This document shows positions 41,034-50,115 of a stretch of 64,000 bases of DNA, in pieces. The stretch is from contig JAQBUT010000002.1 of NCBI GenBank assembly GCA_027623195.1, positions 32,001 through 96,000 of the forward strand, read 5' to 3'. The translations under genes were made by a program, and so were the position numbers. The notes beneath the pieces were generated by a model. It was not told the DNA's origin and ran no database searches. It saw nothing but the letters and a program-made list of their open reading frames with translations. Each line of letters starts with the position of its first letter. The first letter of the stretch is position 1. The DNA is from Chloroflexota bacterium. Its GTDB lineage: Bacteria > Chloroflexota > Dehalococcoidia > Lucifugimonadales > JADFKI01.

Positions 41034-42634
41034 TGAAGATGAGGAGTCCCTTTAGGATCGCACCGTTGGTGACAATGGCTCTGGCGGTGGCCTTTCTACT
41101 AATAAGTCAGGTGCCGACGGCTCAAGCGGCCAAGCCTTCCGGCCCAGATAACAATGTGATAGCACGCAGCAATGGCTACCCCAGCGGCGCGCATTTCAAC
41201 CTGAACATTCACGGTAAGAATGACAGCTACACATGCGACTCCACCCCAGGAGGGAAGTCGGTCTTCGTTCGAGAGTACGGCCACTCGACCGTTCAGTATG
41301 TTTCAAATAAGAGGTCTAGCGTAACCGACCTGATTGCTCTCGATCCTTGCGCCGAACAGTACGATGGCGATCCTGTAAAGGTCCAGATACCATACGAGCC
41401 TGAAGGCTATTACGTTTTCGCCCGGTTGCGTGCCAAGCCACAGAGCGGTAATGGCGACGACGATGCCACTTCTGTGATCCTCACTCCTAACCCAGTGTTG
41501 GAGATGTGCAACGAGTCCACCGATTCAATAGATTTCGGCGGCAACACCTCGTGTAGCGACGACCTTCTCTCGCTGGGCCTGGTTACCAACGATGGTGTTT
41601 ACAAGACGTCTGAAGAGTACTTCGAACGTTGGGATGGCACCTCCGGCGCCAAAGGCAAGACAACGGCCACGGACATCACGGGCCTGTTCACCTGGACCGG
41701 CTACTCATGCGACGATGTCTTAGACATCAATGGAGACGGCGTCATCGACGTTAACGACGTCCCTAATGATCTTGACGGCGATGGAGACATCGACGACGCG
41801 GACCTAGGTATATTCCTGTCCCTGAACTGTACTTTCTATAATCAGGAATGGATCTTCAATCTTGCTGACCTGGTTGTGCAAGATCAGGACATCAACAATA
41901 ACGGCTCAAAGCTTCTAAAGCTTCGCTTCTACCCTGTGGCAACCACTGAGTACATGTCTGATACACCTGACGTTGCCGCAGATATTCATGACAGTAACGA
42001 CATTAATCACACCGGCATAGGCGGCTCGACGGTGCAGACTGGAACGACCATACATGCCAGCGCCACGTTGACCGCAGGAACCGGCCCTACGCCCACAGGC
42101 ACCGTGACGTTCCATCGGTTTGCGACCATCGACTGCACGGGCGTCCCAGTAGATGAGACACTGGCTCTAATTAATGGCGTGATTGAGTCCGGCGACTTTT
42201 TAACTACTGCGGGCTACCTTTCGTACCTGGTGGATTACGATCCCGATGCGTTCTCGGATCACTACAATCCGTCCATCAGCGCTTGTGTGCCTCTGGGCGT
42301 GGGAACAACACCTGCCGTCGCCACACAGATCCACGATGACTTGCACTCCGACATAACCGGCAGTTCAGTTATCGCTGGTGGCAATATACATGCGCAGGCC
42401 TCGGTGTCGGGCGCTCCTACCGGCACGGTAACCTTCCATCGATTCGACACGGCGGACTGCACTGGTCTATCTGTTAATGACACGGTAGCTTTGGACTTGG
42501 CCGGCAATGCGGAATCCAGTGCATTCACCACAGTCATAGGGGTGCTGTCCTACGTAGCAAATTACAATGGCGAGGACGCTAATTACTTTCCCGCCGTCGG
42601 AAGCTGCGTAATGCTTACCGTGATAAGCCCGTAG
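41027..42634 (+). CDS. secreted protein: unknown N-domain with DxDGDG Ca-binding-type loops plus two Ig-like repeats
   Basis: Signal peptide ending AQA; NGYPSGAHFNLNI; DINGDGVIDVND and DLDGDGDIDDAD; repeat PTGTVTFHRF.T.DCTG x2. Confidence 0.85.
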   Translation: MRMKMRSPFRIAPLVTMALAVAFLLISQVPTAQAAKPSGPDNNVIARSNGYPSGAHFNLNIHGKNDSYTCDSTPGGKSVFVREYGHSTVQYVSNKRSSVTDLIALDPCAEQYDGDPVKVQIPYEPEGYYVFARLRAKPQSGNGDDDATSVILTPNPVLEMCNESTDSIDFGGNTSCSDDLLSLGLVTNDGVYKTSEEYFERWDGTSGAKGKTTATDITGLFTWTGYSCDDVLDINGDGVIDVNDVPNDLDGDGDIDDADLGIFLSLNCTFYNQEWIFNLADLVVQDQDINNNGSKLLKLRFYPVATTEYMSDTPDVAADIHDSNDINHTGIGGSTVQTGTTIHASATLTAGTGPTPTGTVTFHRFATIDCTGVPVDETLALINGVIESGDFLTTAGYLSYLVDYDPDAFSDHYNPSISACVPLGVGTTPAVATQIHDDLHSDITGSSVIAGGNIHAQASVSGAPTGTVTFHRFDTADCTGLSVNDTVALDLAGNAESSAFTTVIGVLSYVANYNGEDANYFPAVGSCVMLTVISP

Positions 42635-42771
42635 CGTCTCATTAACAGACAAACCTAACACTAATAAAGATAGTTAATTGAAAAGGCCGCGTCGTTGCTT
42701 CGGCCAGCCACATGGTTGTGCTGGTCGGAGTAGTCGAAGGGCGGTTTCGCTAGGAGGCGGAGTGATCCGCT

Positions 42772-42796
42772 TAGAAAATTCGGTGGAGGATGAGGA
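42772..42796 (+). repeat. 25-nt direct repeat, copy 2
   Basis: Identical to 41009-41033. Confidence 0.9.
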
Positions 42797-43521
42797 AGAA
42801 GAAAATGCTTGGAATGGGGACGCTGGTGCTATCTGCTGTGGCGCTTGTGGCCTCATCCTGGGCTGCAAGTCCGGGCTGGGCCGAGGCCACCGGCAACGGC
42901 GCTCCCAGAGGCGCGCACTACAATCTGAATGTCATCGGCGTTTCGAAGGATAAGAAGGCCGATATGACGAACTTCAATAGGCACGTGATTTTTGTCAAGG
43001 ACGACGGCAAGACAAGAATTAACCTTGCCGAAGGTGACGACTATCAGGTGTTGGATGGCAATGGTACCGACGGAGCAGCAGCCTTCCAGCTACCCAACCC
43101 TGATCCAGATAATGACGGCACGACAACTTACTCTGTCTTTGCGCGGGCTTTGGGAGTCCCAGGAGGAAGTGCAACCATTGCCACCTGCGCTATGGCTCCG
43201 GGGGTGGACGGCATCCTGGGTACAGCCGATGACGAAGAGGTTTGCAATACCGGCGAAGTTACGGTCGGCCTGACCCGAGGCAACGGAAAGTCGTCATTCG
43301 AGAACGTGTCAAAGGAGATGCTGTATCTCTGGGACGTCGACCTGGATGGAGACGGAGTGGTCGACATTGATCGGGTCAATCTCTTCAGCGACTTACTTGA
43401 AGGGTACTACTGGGACTATGACAATAATGGTCTGAAGTTAGCTCAGTTCCGTTTCTACGAATGTTCCACCAGCGTAGGTGATGGTTCTGGCGACTCCATT
43501 AACGACGGAGCCTGCTTCTGA
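42790..43521 (+). CDS. secreted protein, paralog of the 41027 N-domain
   Basis: Signal peptide; NGAPRGAHYNLNV, YSVFARAL, DLDGDGVVDI, DNNGLKLAQFRFY. Confidence 0.85.
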   Translation: MRKKKMLGMGTLVLSAVALVASSWAASPGWAEATGNGAPRGAHYNLNVIGVSKDKKADMTNFNRHVIFVKDDGKTRINLAEGDDYQVLDGNGTDGAAAFQLPNPDPDNDGTTTYSVFARALGVPGGSATIATCAMAPGVDGILGTADDEEVCNTGEVTVGLTRGNGKSSFENVSKEMLYLWDVDLDGDGVVDIDRVNLFSDLLEGYYWDYDNNGLKLAQFRFYECSTSVGDGSGDSINDGACF

Positions 43522-43659
43522 CACCCTAATAAGTTACCCCCTTTAGTGTGAGGACGCCGGAGCCGGCCTCTGGTGTCCTCAAAATATCCTGGTTATCCCC
43601 TCCGAGACGATGAGCGGTGGCGGTTATTGAGGCAAATAAGATTCGGAGGACGATATACA

Positions 43660-44028
43660 GTGATTTCTTTCAAGAAGATCGGAATAATGTCGGCGACTGC
43701 TGCCGTCCTGGCGGTAGGTTCCTTCTCCAGCGGAGCCTTCGCGTCGCCCGTGGATGCGGCCAAGATGCCCAAGTTTGACGTCTGCCACTATCAGGCCGAG
43801 GATGAGTTGCTGCTGGATGAGCTTGGTGTACCTGTACTCGACGAATTCGGAAACCCGACAATATTGGACCCTGCAGGGTGGCGAATGATTAACGTATCTG
43901 GTAGCGCTTTGCCTGCCCACATAGATGGTGATGCCCTTCATCCGGGCCACACCGACGGAACAACAATGGATTACGTCATTACCGACCAAGCAGGTGCTGA
44001 CGCCTGCACCGTGTTGATCAACAGTTAG
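43660..44028 (+). CDS. small secreted His/Cys-motif protein
   Basis: GGAGGA RBS plus GTG; signal peptide; KFDVCH ... INVSGSALPAH ... C. Confidence 0.75.
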   Translation: MISFKKIGIMSATAAVLAVGSFSSGAFASPVDAAKMPKFDVCHYQAEDELLLDELGVPVLDEFGNPTILDPAGWRMINVSGSALPAHIDGDALHPGHTDGTTMDYVITDQAGADACTVLINS

Positions 44029-44111
44029 AAGAGAACGAAACAAGAAGAAGTAGAGGGACCAAAGTCTCGGAGAATAACGCGAGGGCCGTCCAGCTAATGG
44101 CGGTCCTTTTC

Positions 44112-45347
44112 TTATGGTGCGGTATGCACGGGCGTCTTGGCCTGTGTGAGGGACAGCACCCCGGTTAAGAAGAAGCACGCCACCGTGATAAATGCCACAT
44201 GGTAGCTGCCCGTCATATCGAAAGTCAGACCAGCCAGTAGCGGTCCCACGCCGAAAGACACCACCATCGTTATGTTGATGATGCCCATGATGCTGCCAAA
44301 GTACCTGATTCCGAACGCGTCCTGCACTATCAGTTGGAACAGAGCCCCAAATGCGCCCAGGAAGAAGCCGAAAAGAGGCATTATCACCCACAAGAGCCAG
44401 GGCGTTAAGCCTACAAAGAGCATAGCGGTGAGAAAGGTGGCCTGTCCCGTCAGGTCTATCATTAAAGCGTAACGAGCTGAAATGCGCTCCGCGACGAAAC
44501 CCATCACGAACTTACCACCCATACCAAAAAGCGCCACCAGACTCAGACCTAGTGTCGCCCAACCCTGGGGGATTCCTTCATTAGTAAGGTGGTTGATGAT
44601 CTGAGGCAGCACCGTACTGTAGGTGAAGGTTCCCAGCATGATGGTCATGGCGATAAAGTAGAAGCTCCTGCTGTGGAGCGCCTCCCTCAGCGTCCAACCT
44701 GTGAGCGTGACCGTTGTAGTCTTCGGCTGATTACCCATGCTAGGTGGCTGGTCCCGATTCGGATTTTCGCTAACGACAAAGAACGCGAATGCCGCCACAG
44801 CAAACGCCAAAATGCCGTATGTGATGTATGCCCCTCGCCAGGAACTCATCACAAATATCAGTCCGGTAAACAGAGGGAACACTAATCCGCCGAAGTTGTT
44901 GCCCATGGCCGTGATACCCATCACCCTGCCGCGAGTCCTCTGGAACCATATACCAACTAATCTACCGGCAGGCAGCATGGCCGCACCGGCAAAGCCAATG
45001 AACTGGAGGAAGCTAAGGGCGTACCAGTGCCACAGGTCGGTCATTAGGGGTCTAAGCAGGAAGCTGAGGCCGATGAGCATTAAGGATGCGATCATCACTT
45101 TTTTGGCGCCATGACGATCCATGTATCGACCGATGAATGGCGCTGCTAGACTGCCGACAGCCGTGAAGGATAACGAAGCGTTGATCTGAGTGCGATTCCA
45201 GCCGAACTCAGTTTCCAGAGGCTCGACGAAGAGGCCGAAGGCGTATTGGCCGGTACCCACAGTTAACGCGTAGGCCAGGAATGGGGCCGAAACGACCAGC
45301 CATCCCGGATTTATCCCCTTCCCTGTGAGCTTGGACGCAATGGACAT
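44112..45347 (-). CDS. MFS transporter (OFA/monocarboxylate type)
   Basis: ~12 TM helices, GRYMDRHGAKK motif A, WFQRTRGRVMG, FGIRYFGSIMG. Confidence 0.93.
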   Translation of the reverse strand: MSIASKLTGKGINPGWLVVSAPFLAYALTVGTGQYAFGLFVEPLETEFGWNRTQINASLSFTAVGSLAAPFIGRYMDRHGAKKVMIASLMLIGLSFLLRPLMTDLWHWYALSFLQFIGFAGAAMLPAGRLVGIWFQRTRGRVMGITAMGNNFGGLVFPLFTGLIFVMSSWRGAYITYGILAFAVAAFAFFVVSENPNRDQPPSMGNQPKTTTVTLTGWTLREALHSRSFYFIAMTIMLGTFTYSTVLPQIINHLTNEGIPQGWATLGLSLVALFGMGGKFVMGFVAERISARYALMIDLTGQATFLTAMLFVGLTPWLLWVIMPLFGFFLGAFGALFQLIVQDAFGIRYFGSIMGIINITMVVSFGVGPLLAGLTFDMTGSYHVAFITVACFFLTGVLSLTQAKTPVHTAP

Positions 45348-45496
45348 GGAAATGAGTATACGGGAATATCCGGGCCTCTAGATAGCCTTCTGTACGAGGG
45401 AATTAAAGATTCTATTCATGAATTTATTGGCCTCATTGTCTCCTGTGAGTCTGACCTGGGTCTATCGGCGTCCTGACTGCTGTGTGGGCGCGGCTG

Positions 45497-45525
45497 TTGA
45501 CGCAAAAAACCTTCGCGTATATCAT
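45497..45525 (+). promoter_or_regulatory. putative sigma70 promoter
   Basis: TTGACG-N17-TATCAT upstream of the formyltransferase gene. Confidence 0.55.
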
Positions 45526-45615
45526 CCCTGATGCACCCCCGTGGAGTTTGGGATATCAGGGGGATCGGGCTAATGCAGCCCCGTACAAACGGACACAATA
45601 TTCAGGAGGAAATTT

Positions 45616-46548
45616 ATGGCTGACGACTTTCGCGTCGCAGTTATTGGGCAGGCGGCATTTGGCGAGAGCGTATTGAATGCTCTGGTCGAGGGTGGTGAAA
45701 ACGTGGTTGGGGTTTTTTGCACTCCGGACCGCGAGGGCAGGCCCGTGGACCCCATAAAGGCTGCGGCGGAAAAGCACGGCGTGCCCGTGTTCCAGTTCCG
45801 GCGCATGCGCAACCAGGATGCCATCGACGCCTTTCTAGGGCTTAATACTGACCTTTGCGTCATGGCCTTTGTGACCGACATCGTGCCGGACGCCATGCTT
45901 GAGGCGCCGAAGCAGGGCACCATTCAGTACCACCCGTCGCTGCTGCCGTTGCATCGCGGGCCCAGCTCCATCAACTGGCCCATCATTATGGGAGATAAAA
46001 AGACAGGCCTGAGCATATTCTGGCCGGACAAGGGGCTGGACACGGGTCCGATACTTCTTCAAAAAGAGACCGAGATTAGCGCGGACGACACCCTGGGCAG
46101 CGTCTACTTCGACAGGCTGTTCCCCATGGGAGTGGAGGCAATGGTCGAGTCGGTGCAGATGGTGAAGAACGGCACCGCCCCCAAGATCGTGCAGGACGAG
46201 AGCAATGCCACCTACGAGGGCTGGTGCAAAGCTGAAGACGCCGTTATCAACTGGAGCAAGCCTGCCAGCGAGATCTACAACCTGGTTCGGGGAGCAGACC
46301 CGAGCCCCGGAGCTGGCACCACGTTCAAGGGGAGCAAGATCCAGTTCTTCAGGGCCAGCAGTAACGACGTCGACACCGGCAAAGCGCCCGGTGAGATCGT
46401 GAGTGTGACCGATACTGCCTTCGAGGTGGCAGCCAGCGGCGGCAGCATCGTCGTAGGCCGAGTGCAGCCCGAAGGCGCCCGCAAAATCATGTCCCCCGAG
46501 TGGATAGAGTCCGTAAGCTTAAAAGTAGGCGACAAGTTCGGGGAATAG
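45616..46548 (+). CDS. formyltransferase (Fmt-like, closer to the 10-formyl-THF dehydrogenase N-domain type)
   Basis: IGQAAFG, QYHPSLLPLHRGPSSINW, GLDTGP, C-terminal Fmt domain; lacks the canonical Fmt MGTP start. Confidence 0.85.
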   Translation: MADDFRVAVIGQAAFGESVLNALVEGGENVVGVFCTPDREGRPVDPIKAAAEKHGVPVFQFRRMRNQDAIDAFLGLNTDLCVMAFVTDIVPDAMLEAPKQGTIQYHPSLLPLHRGPSSINWPIIMGDKKTGLSIFWPDKGLDTGPILLQKETEISADDTLGSVYFDRLFPMGVEAMVESVQMVKNGTAPKIVQDESNATYEGWCKAEDAVINWSKPASEIYNLVRGADPSPGAGTTFKGSKIQFFRASSNDVDTGKAPGEIVSVTDTAFEVAASGGSIVVGRVQPEGARKIMSPEWIESVSLKVGDKFGE

Positions 46549-46571
46549 TTTCCGATAAGATCAGCTAACGC

Positions 46572-46606
46572 AAGGGGCGGTCGTAAGACCGCCCCTTTTG
46601 TTTTTT
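46572..46606 (+). terminator. intrinsic terminator
   Basis: AAGGGGCGGTC-GTAA-GACCGCCCCTT followed by a T tract. Confidence 0.9.
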
Positions 46607-46680
46607 GCCCGATACTCTGCTGTTATAATGTTTGCCTTTCCTTGCAAAAAGCACAAATTTGTGGGCGTGCCAGGTGTAAT

Positions 46681-47916
46681 ATGCCTAGTCGATGGGATCA
46701 ATGGTATAGCGGTGGGCATCCACCTACTTGTACATGTGTTGCCTGCAACGATAGACGCCTAGGTCGACTGGGGGCCGGGCAAGGAGGGGGAGGGCGCAGA
46801 GGCGCAATAGGAGTGGCCGAGCGGCCTGACTACCCCCGTCGGGATGAAGGTAAGTCGTGGTTCCGGCCGATATTTTTTGGGGCGTTAATCATAGTCACTA
46901 TTGGCTTGATCGGCTCATTCTCGATTCATTTTAGTCAAGGGGCGACTGGCGCTGACGCGGTAGCCATGGTCGTAGACAATGTTAAATTGACGGCCACCTG
47001 CCCTACTGAGGTAGGTAGGGTGGCAAGATTCATCTTGCGGCCTGATTCTGTTCCCATCACGTCGGAATTATCTGCGGACGCCTCTTCGAGATTCTTAGAC
47101 GCCATATGCGATGGTCACATTGCCGTTGCTCAAGCCATCATCTTGGAAGGCCGAAATATCGGAACTAGAAGTGCAAATGATTTCAGTCCGACAGTGACCC
47201 CTTTTCAATTTCTGAGGCCAACAGTTGCCGTGGTTATAATCCCCTCCGCAACCGTTACTCCAACGCCTCGGCAGAATATCTTGCCTAAATCGACACGCAC
47301 GCCGCCATCTGCACCGCCGACTACCGTAGTTCAAACGCGGCCTACAAATACCCCGGCATCAACTAATGTTCCAGCCAAAGCACCAAGCTTCTTTGAATCA
47401 CTGGACGACTTGCGAAAATCTAGCGGCATCACGCAACCTGATATCGATCTACAGCAATTGGCCGAGCGAGTTCATGCTTTGATCAATGCTACACGTAGCA
47501 AAAACGGGCTTAGTCCGCTTGCTCTTGATCCAAAAATAACAACCATCGCCCAAATTCATAGCGTTGATATGGCCCGATTTGATTATTTTGATCATGATAA
47601 TTTGCAGGGGCTGGATGCTACGGCTAGAGGTGCGGCTGTCGGCTACGATTGCATAAAACACTACGGAGGTTACTACACATTTGGCTTAGCTGAAAATATC
47701 TATCAAGCTTGGCTTTACTCTTCAACGACTTATATTAACGGCCTACCTATTCGAGATTGGAATTCGCAGGAAGAACTAGCGATAATTGCCGTCCAAGGAT
47801 GGATGGATAGCCCTGGCCACAGAGAAAATATTTTGACCGATACCTACGACAGAACTGGAGTAGGCGTAGCCGTTGCCCAAGATGGCAAGATATACATCAC
47901 TCAGAACTTTTGCTAA
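46681..47916 (+). CDS. membrane-anchored CAP (SCP) domain protein
   Basis: N-terminal HPPTCTCVAC, one TM, Pro/Thr linker, LINATR..NGL, HS.DM...YFDH, AENI, WMDSPGHRENIL, TQNFC. Confidence 0.88.
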   Translation: MPSRWDQWYSGGHPPTCTCVACNDRRLGRLGAGQGGGGRRGAIGVAERPDYPRRDEGKSWFRPIFFGALIIVTIGLIGSFSIHFSQGATGADAVAMVVDNVKLTATCPTEVGRVARFILRPDSVPITSELSADASSRFLDAICDGHIAVAQAIILEGRNIGTRSANDFSPTVTPFQFLRPTVAVVIIPSATVTPTPRQNILPKSTRTPPSAPPTTVVQTRPTNTPASTNVPAKAPSFFESLDDLRKSSGITQPDIDLQQLAERVHALINATRSKNGLSPLALDPKITTIAQIHSVDMARFDYFDHDNLQGLDATARGAAVGYDCIKHYGGYYTFGLAENIYQAWLYSSTTYINGLPIRDWNSQEELAIIAVQGWMDSPGHRENILTDTYDRTGVGVAVAQDGKIYITQNFC

Positions 47917-48416
47917 TGCCCTTCGCCCTCGGCCTCTTTGCGGCGGCGTTCGCGGTTAGTGATCTGGCGGACGGCCTCGTCGGCACCCATGCGTCCCACC
48001 GGGCCTGAGGCGTACATGGAGCCTATCACCACGCCGCCTCGACTTATCAGGAACTCGGATGGCTGTATGTAGCCTCCCCTGTCCTCTGACCACCATGCGC
48101 CGAAGCTTTCGGACTCCGCCTGCGTAACGCCGTAGGCCACCGGGAACGTTGCCCCCGACTCCTCGACGGTCTTTTGGGCGTTCTCCAGAGTGTCCACGCT
48201 GGCGGCGACTACGGTGCAACCCAAGGCCTCAAGCTCGGCCTTCTGCGACTCCCACGCGGCTAACTGCCGCACGCAGTACGGTCACCAGTGGCCACGGTAG
48301 AAGAGCAGCGCTACGTACCGGCTGGGCATCTCCGCTGGAAACGACATGGTGCCGCCGTTAGTGAAGTTAAGGCTAAGAGAGGGGAACCTGTCGCTCTGTT
48401 GAAGCATTGCGGCCAT
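47913..48416 (-). CDS. selenocysteine-containing peroxiredoxin-like (AhpC/TSA) protein, 167 aa
   Basis: GGAGG RBS plus ATG 48416; MAAMLQQSDRFPSLSL...LLFYRGHW-TGA(48282-48284)-PYCVRQL continues in frame with the 119-aa track ORF. Confidence 0.9.
48243..48281 (-). promoter_or_regulatory. bacterial SECIS-like stem-loop
   Basis: Directly 3' of the UGA: CCGUA-CUGCG-U-GCGGC-AGUUA-GCCGC-GUGGGAGU-CGCAG; upper stem with G in the apical loop. Confidence 0.6.
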
Positions 48417-48504
48417 ATTGCTGTTTCCTCCGGCATGGGATTTTAAGGTTGCCTGACTCGAAATTCACCCTTGTGCTAGTGAGATGCATTCCAGGACATA
48501 TCGA

Positions 48505-48987
48505 TCAGCCCTCGATCAACTCTTCCTGAGGCTCATTGGCCGCACGCTCGCCGTCCAAGACCTTGGACAGGACCCTGAGCAGTGCTTGTACATCAAACCG
48601 GTCCAGGTACCGCAGGAAATGCTCTTCAATGCCGTTAATATGGCCCGGCATGGCATCGAACAGCGTCGTCTCGCCGTGGTTTGTGATGACCGCGTACGTT
48701 CCTCGCCTGTCCTCTTCGCAGGGGTGGCGTTCCACCAGTCCGGCCTGCTCCATACGGTCCACCAGCCGGGTGAGGCCGCTGCGACTAAGCAACGCCGACT
48801 CGGCCAGCTCCTGCATGCGCAAGGCTCCGCGCGGTGCGCTGTCCAGGTGGGCCAGGATGTCGTACCAGGTCAACGGAAGGGACTGCTCGTCCTGCATCTC
48901 CCGCTCCAGTTCGCGCATAACGGAGGCGTATGTGAGCAGGAATGCCCTCCAAGATGCTAGCCTCTGATCGTCGGATGCTGTGGTCAT
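48505..48987 (-). CDS. MarR family transcriptional regulator
   Basis: WYDILAHL, LRMQELAE..LLSRSGLTRLVDRME..GLVER....DRRG; start could extend to 49026. Confidence 0.95.
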   Translation of the reverse strand: MTTASDDQRLASWRAFLLTYASVMRELEREMQDEQSLPLTWYDILAHLDSAPRGALRMQELAESALLSRSGLTRLVDRMEQAGLVERHPCEEDRRGTYAVITNHGETTLFDAMPGHINGIEEHFLRYLDRFDVQALLRVLSKVLDGERAANEPQEELIEG

Positions 48988-49220
48988 AATGTTTGCGATA
49001 TTACCATCATTAAATTGCTTTGACAATTATTGTGAAGGCAAGTAATAATCGAAAATCATGGTTGTATAAGCAATCATCGACGGGCGAACAAGTACTGGTC
49101 GCCCTGCATCAGATTTTAAATTAGGGTTCTCCATGATCGGTTGTGGATGGCCAATTATGTGGTTATGATGGGGTGGAGCAGCACACGTCTTGTGTATTAA
49201 CGAAACCCATAGGTGGATGG

Positions 49221-50069
49221 ATGAGTCAAGAAAATAGGCCCGGCTTACTGGCAATATTCGCTCACCCGGACGATGAGTCGGCCGCCACGGGTGGTACATT
49301 GGCGCACTACGCAAAACTGGGTTTTCAGGTTGGGCTGGTATGTGCGACCCGCGGCGAGATAGGCGAGATTTCCGATCCTAACCTTGCGTCTCAGGCCAAC
49401 CTCGGCGAGGTGCGGGAGCAAGAGTTGCGTGATGCAGCCGCGGCCCTGGGTGTGGCTGACCTGACACTATTGGACTATCGTGATTCGGGCATGGCCGGCA
49501 CTGCCGATAATGAGCATCCAAACGCCCTCACTAATGCGCTGGCCGACGATGTTGTGGCGGCGCTGGTTGGAATTATTCGGCAACGCAAGCCTGGCGTTGT
49601 GATAACCTTCGACCCTAACGGAGGTTACGGCCACCCCGACCACATCGCCATACACCATCACACCGTCGAGGCCTTTACGGCGGCGGCGGACGTCTCCCGG
49701 TACAAGGACAAGGGAGCGCCCTGGAGTGCATCTCGGCTGTTCTACACCGTGTTCACCAAGGGCACCTTTGCAACGATGCGAGAAGGCCTGGAAAAGTTCG
49801 GCGCGGACTCCTCTGAGATGGACGAATGGGAGTCGGTGGCTCAGCTTTGGGACGACAACGATGTGCACGTGCGTATGGACCTGTCTGGAGTGGCCGACGC
49901 CAAGTGGGAGGCCTTGAACGCCCACCGCACTCAGTTCGGCGAGAACAATATTTTCAGTCGCATACCGGTAGAAGATGCCAAGGCCGCCATGTCCAGCGAG
50001 ACGTTTGTGCTGGCTCTGCCCGTCCCCGCTCCCGGAACCATCCTGGCAGACCTATTCGACGGCATTTAG
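49221..50069 (+). CDS. PIG-L family deacetylase/amidase (MshB/Mca-like)
   Basis: AHPDDE, ATRGE.GE, YRDSGM.G, GGYGHPDH, AHRTQ. Confidence 0.93.
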   Translation: MSQENRPGLLAIFAHPDDESAATGGTLAHYAKLGFQVGLVCATRGEIGEISDPNLASQANLGEVREQELRDAAAALGVADLTLLDYRDSGMAGTADNEHPNALTNALADDVVAALVGIIRQRKPGVVITFDPNGGYGHPDHIAIHHHTVEAFTAAADVSRYKDKGAPWSASRLFYTVFTKGTFATMREGLEKFGADSSEMDEWESVAQLWDDNDVHVRMDLSGVADAKWEALNAHRTQFGENNIFSRIPVEDAKAAMSSETFVLALPVPAPGTILADLFDGI

Positions 50070-50115
50070 GCTTATTAAGCCCCCCTGACGCTCGGAGAGG
50101 AATCGAAGATAACGA

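Noticed and set aside
41004..42796. 25-nt repeat as a CRISPR remnant
   Set aside because: Only two copies 1.76 kb apart, each containing an RBS; no spacers or cas genes
45616..46548. Calling this gene the housekeeping fmt
   Set aside because: It lacks the typical Fmt N-terminal MGTP motif and def linkage, so the symbol is withheld
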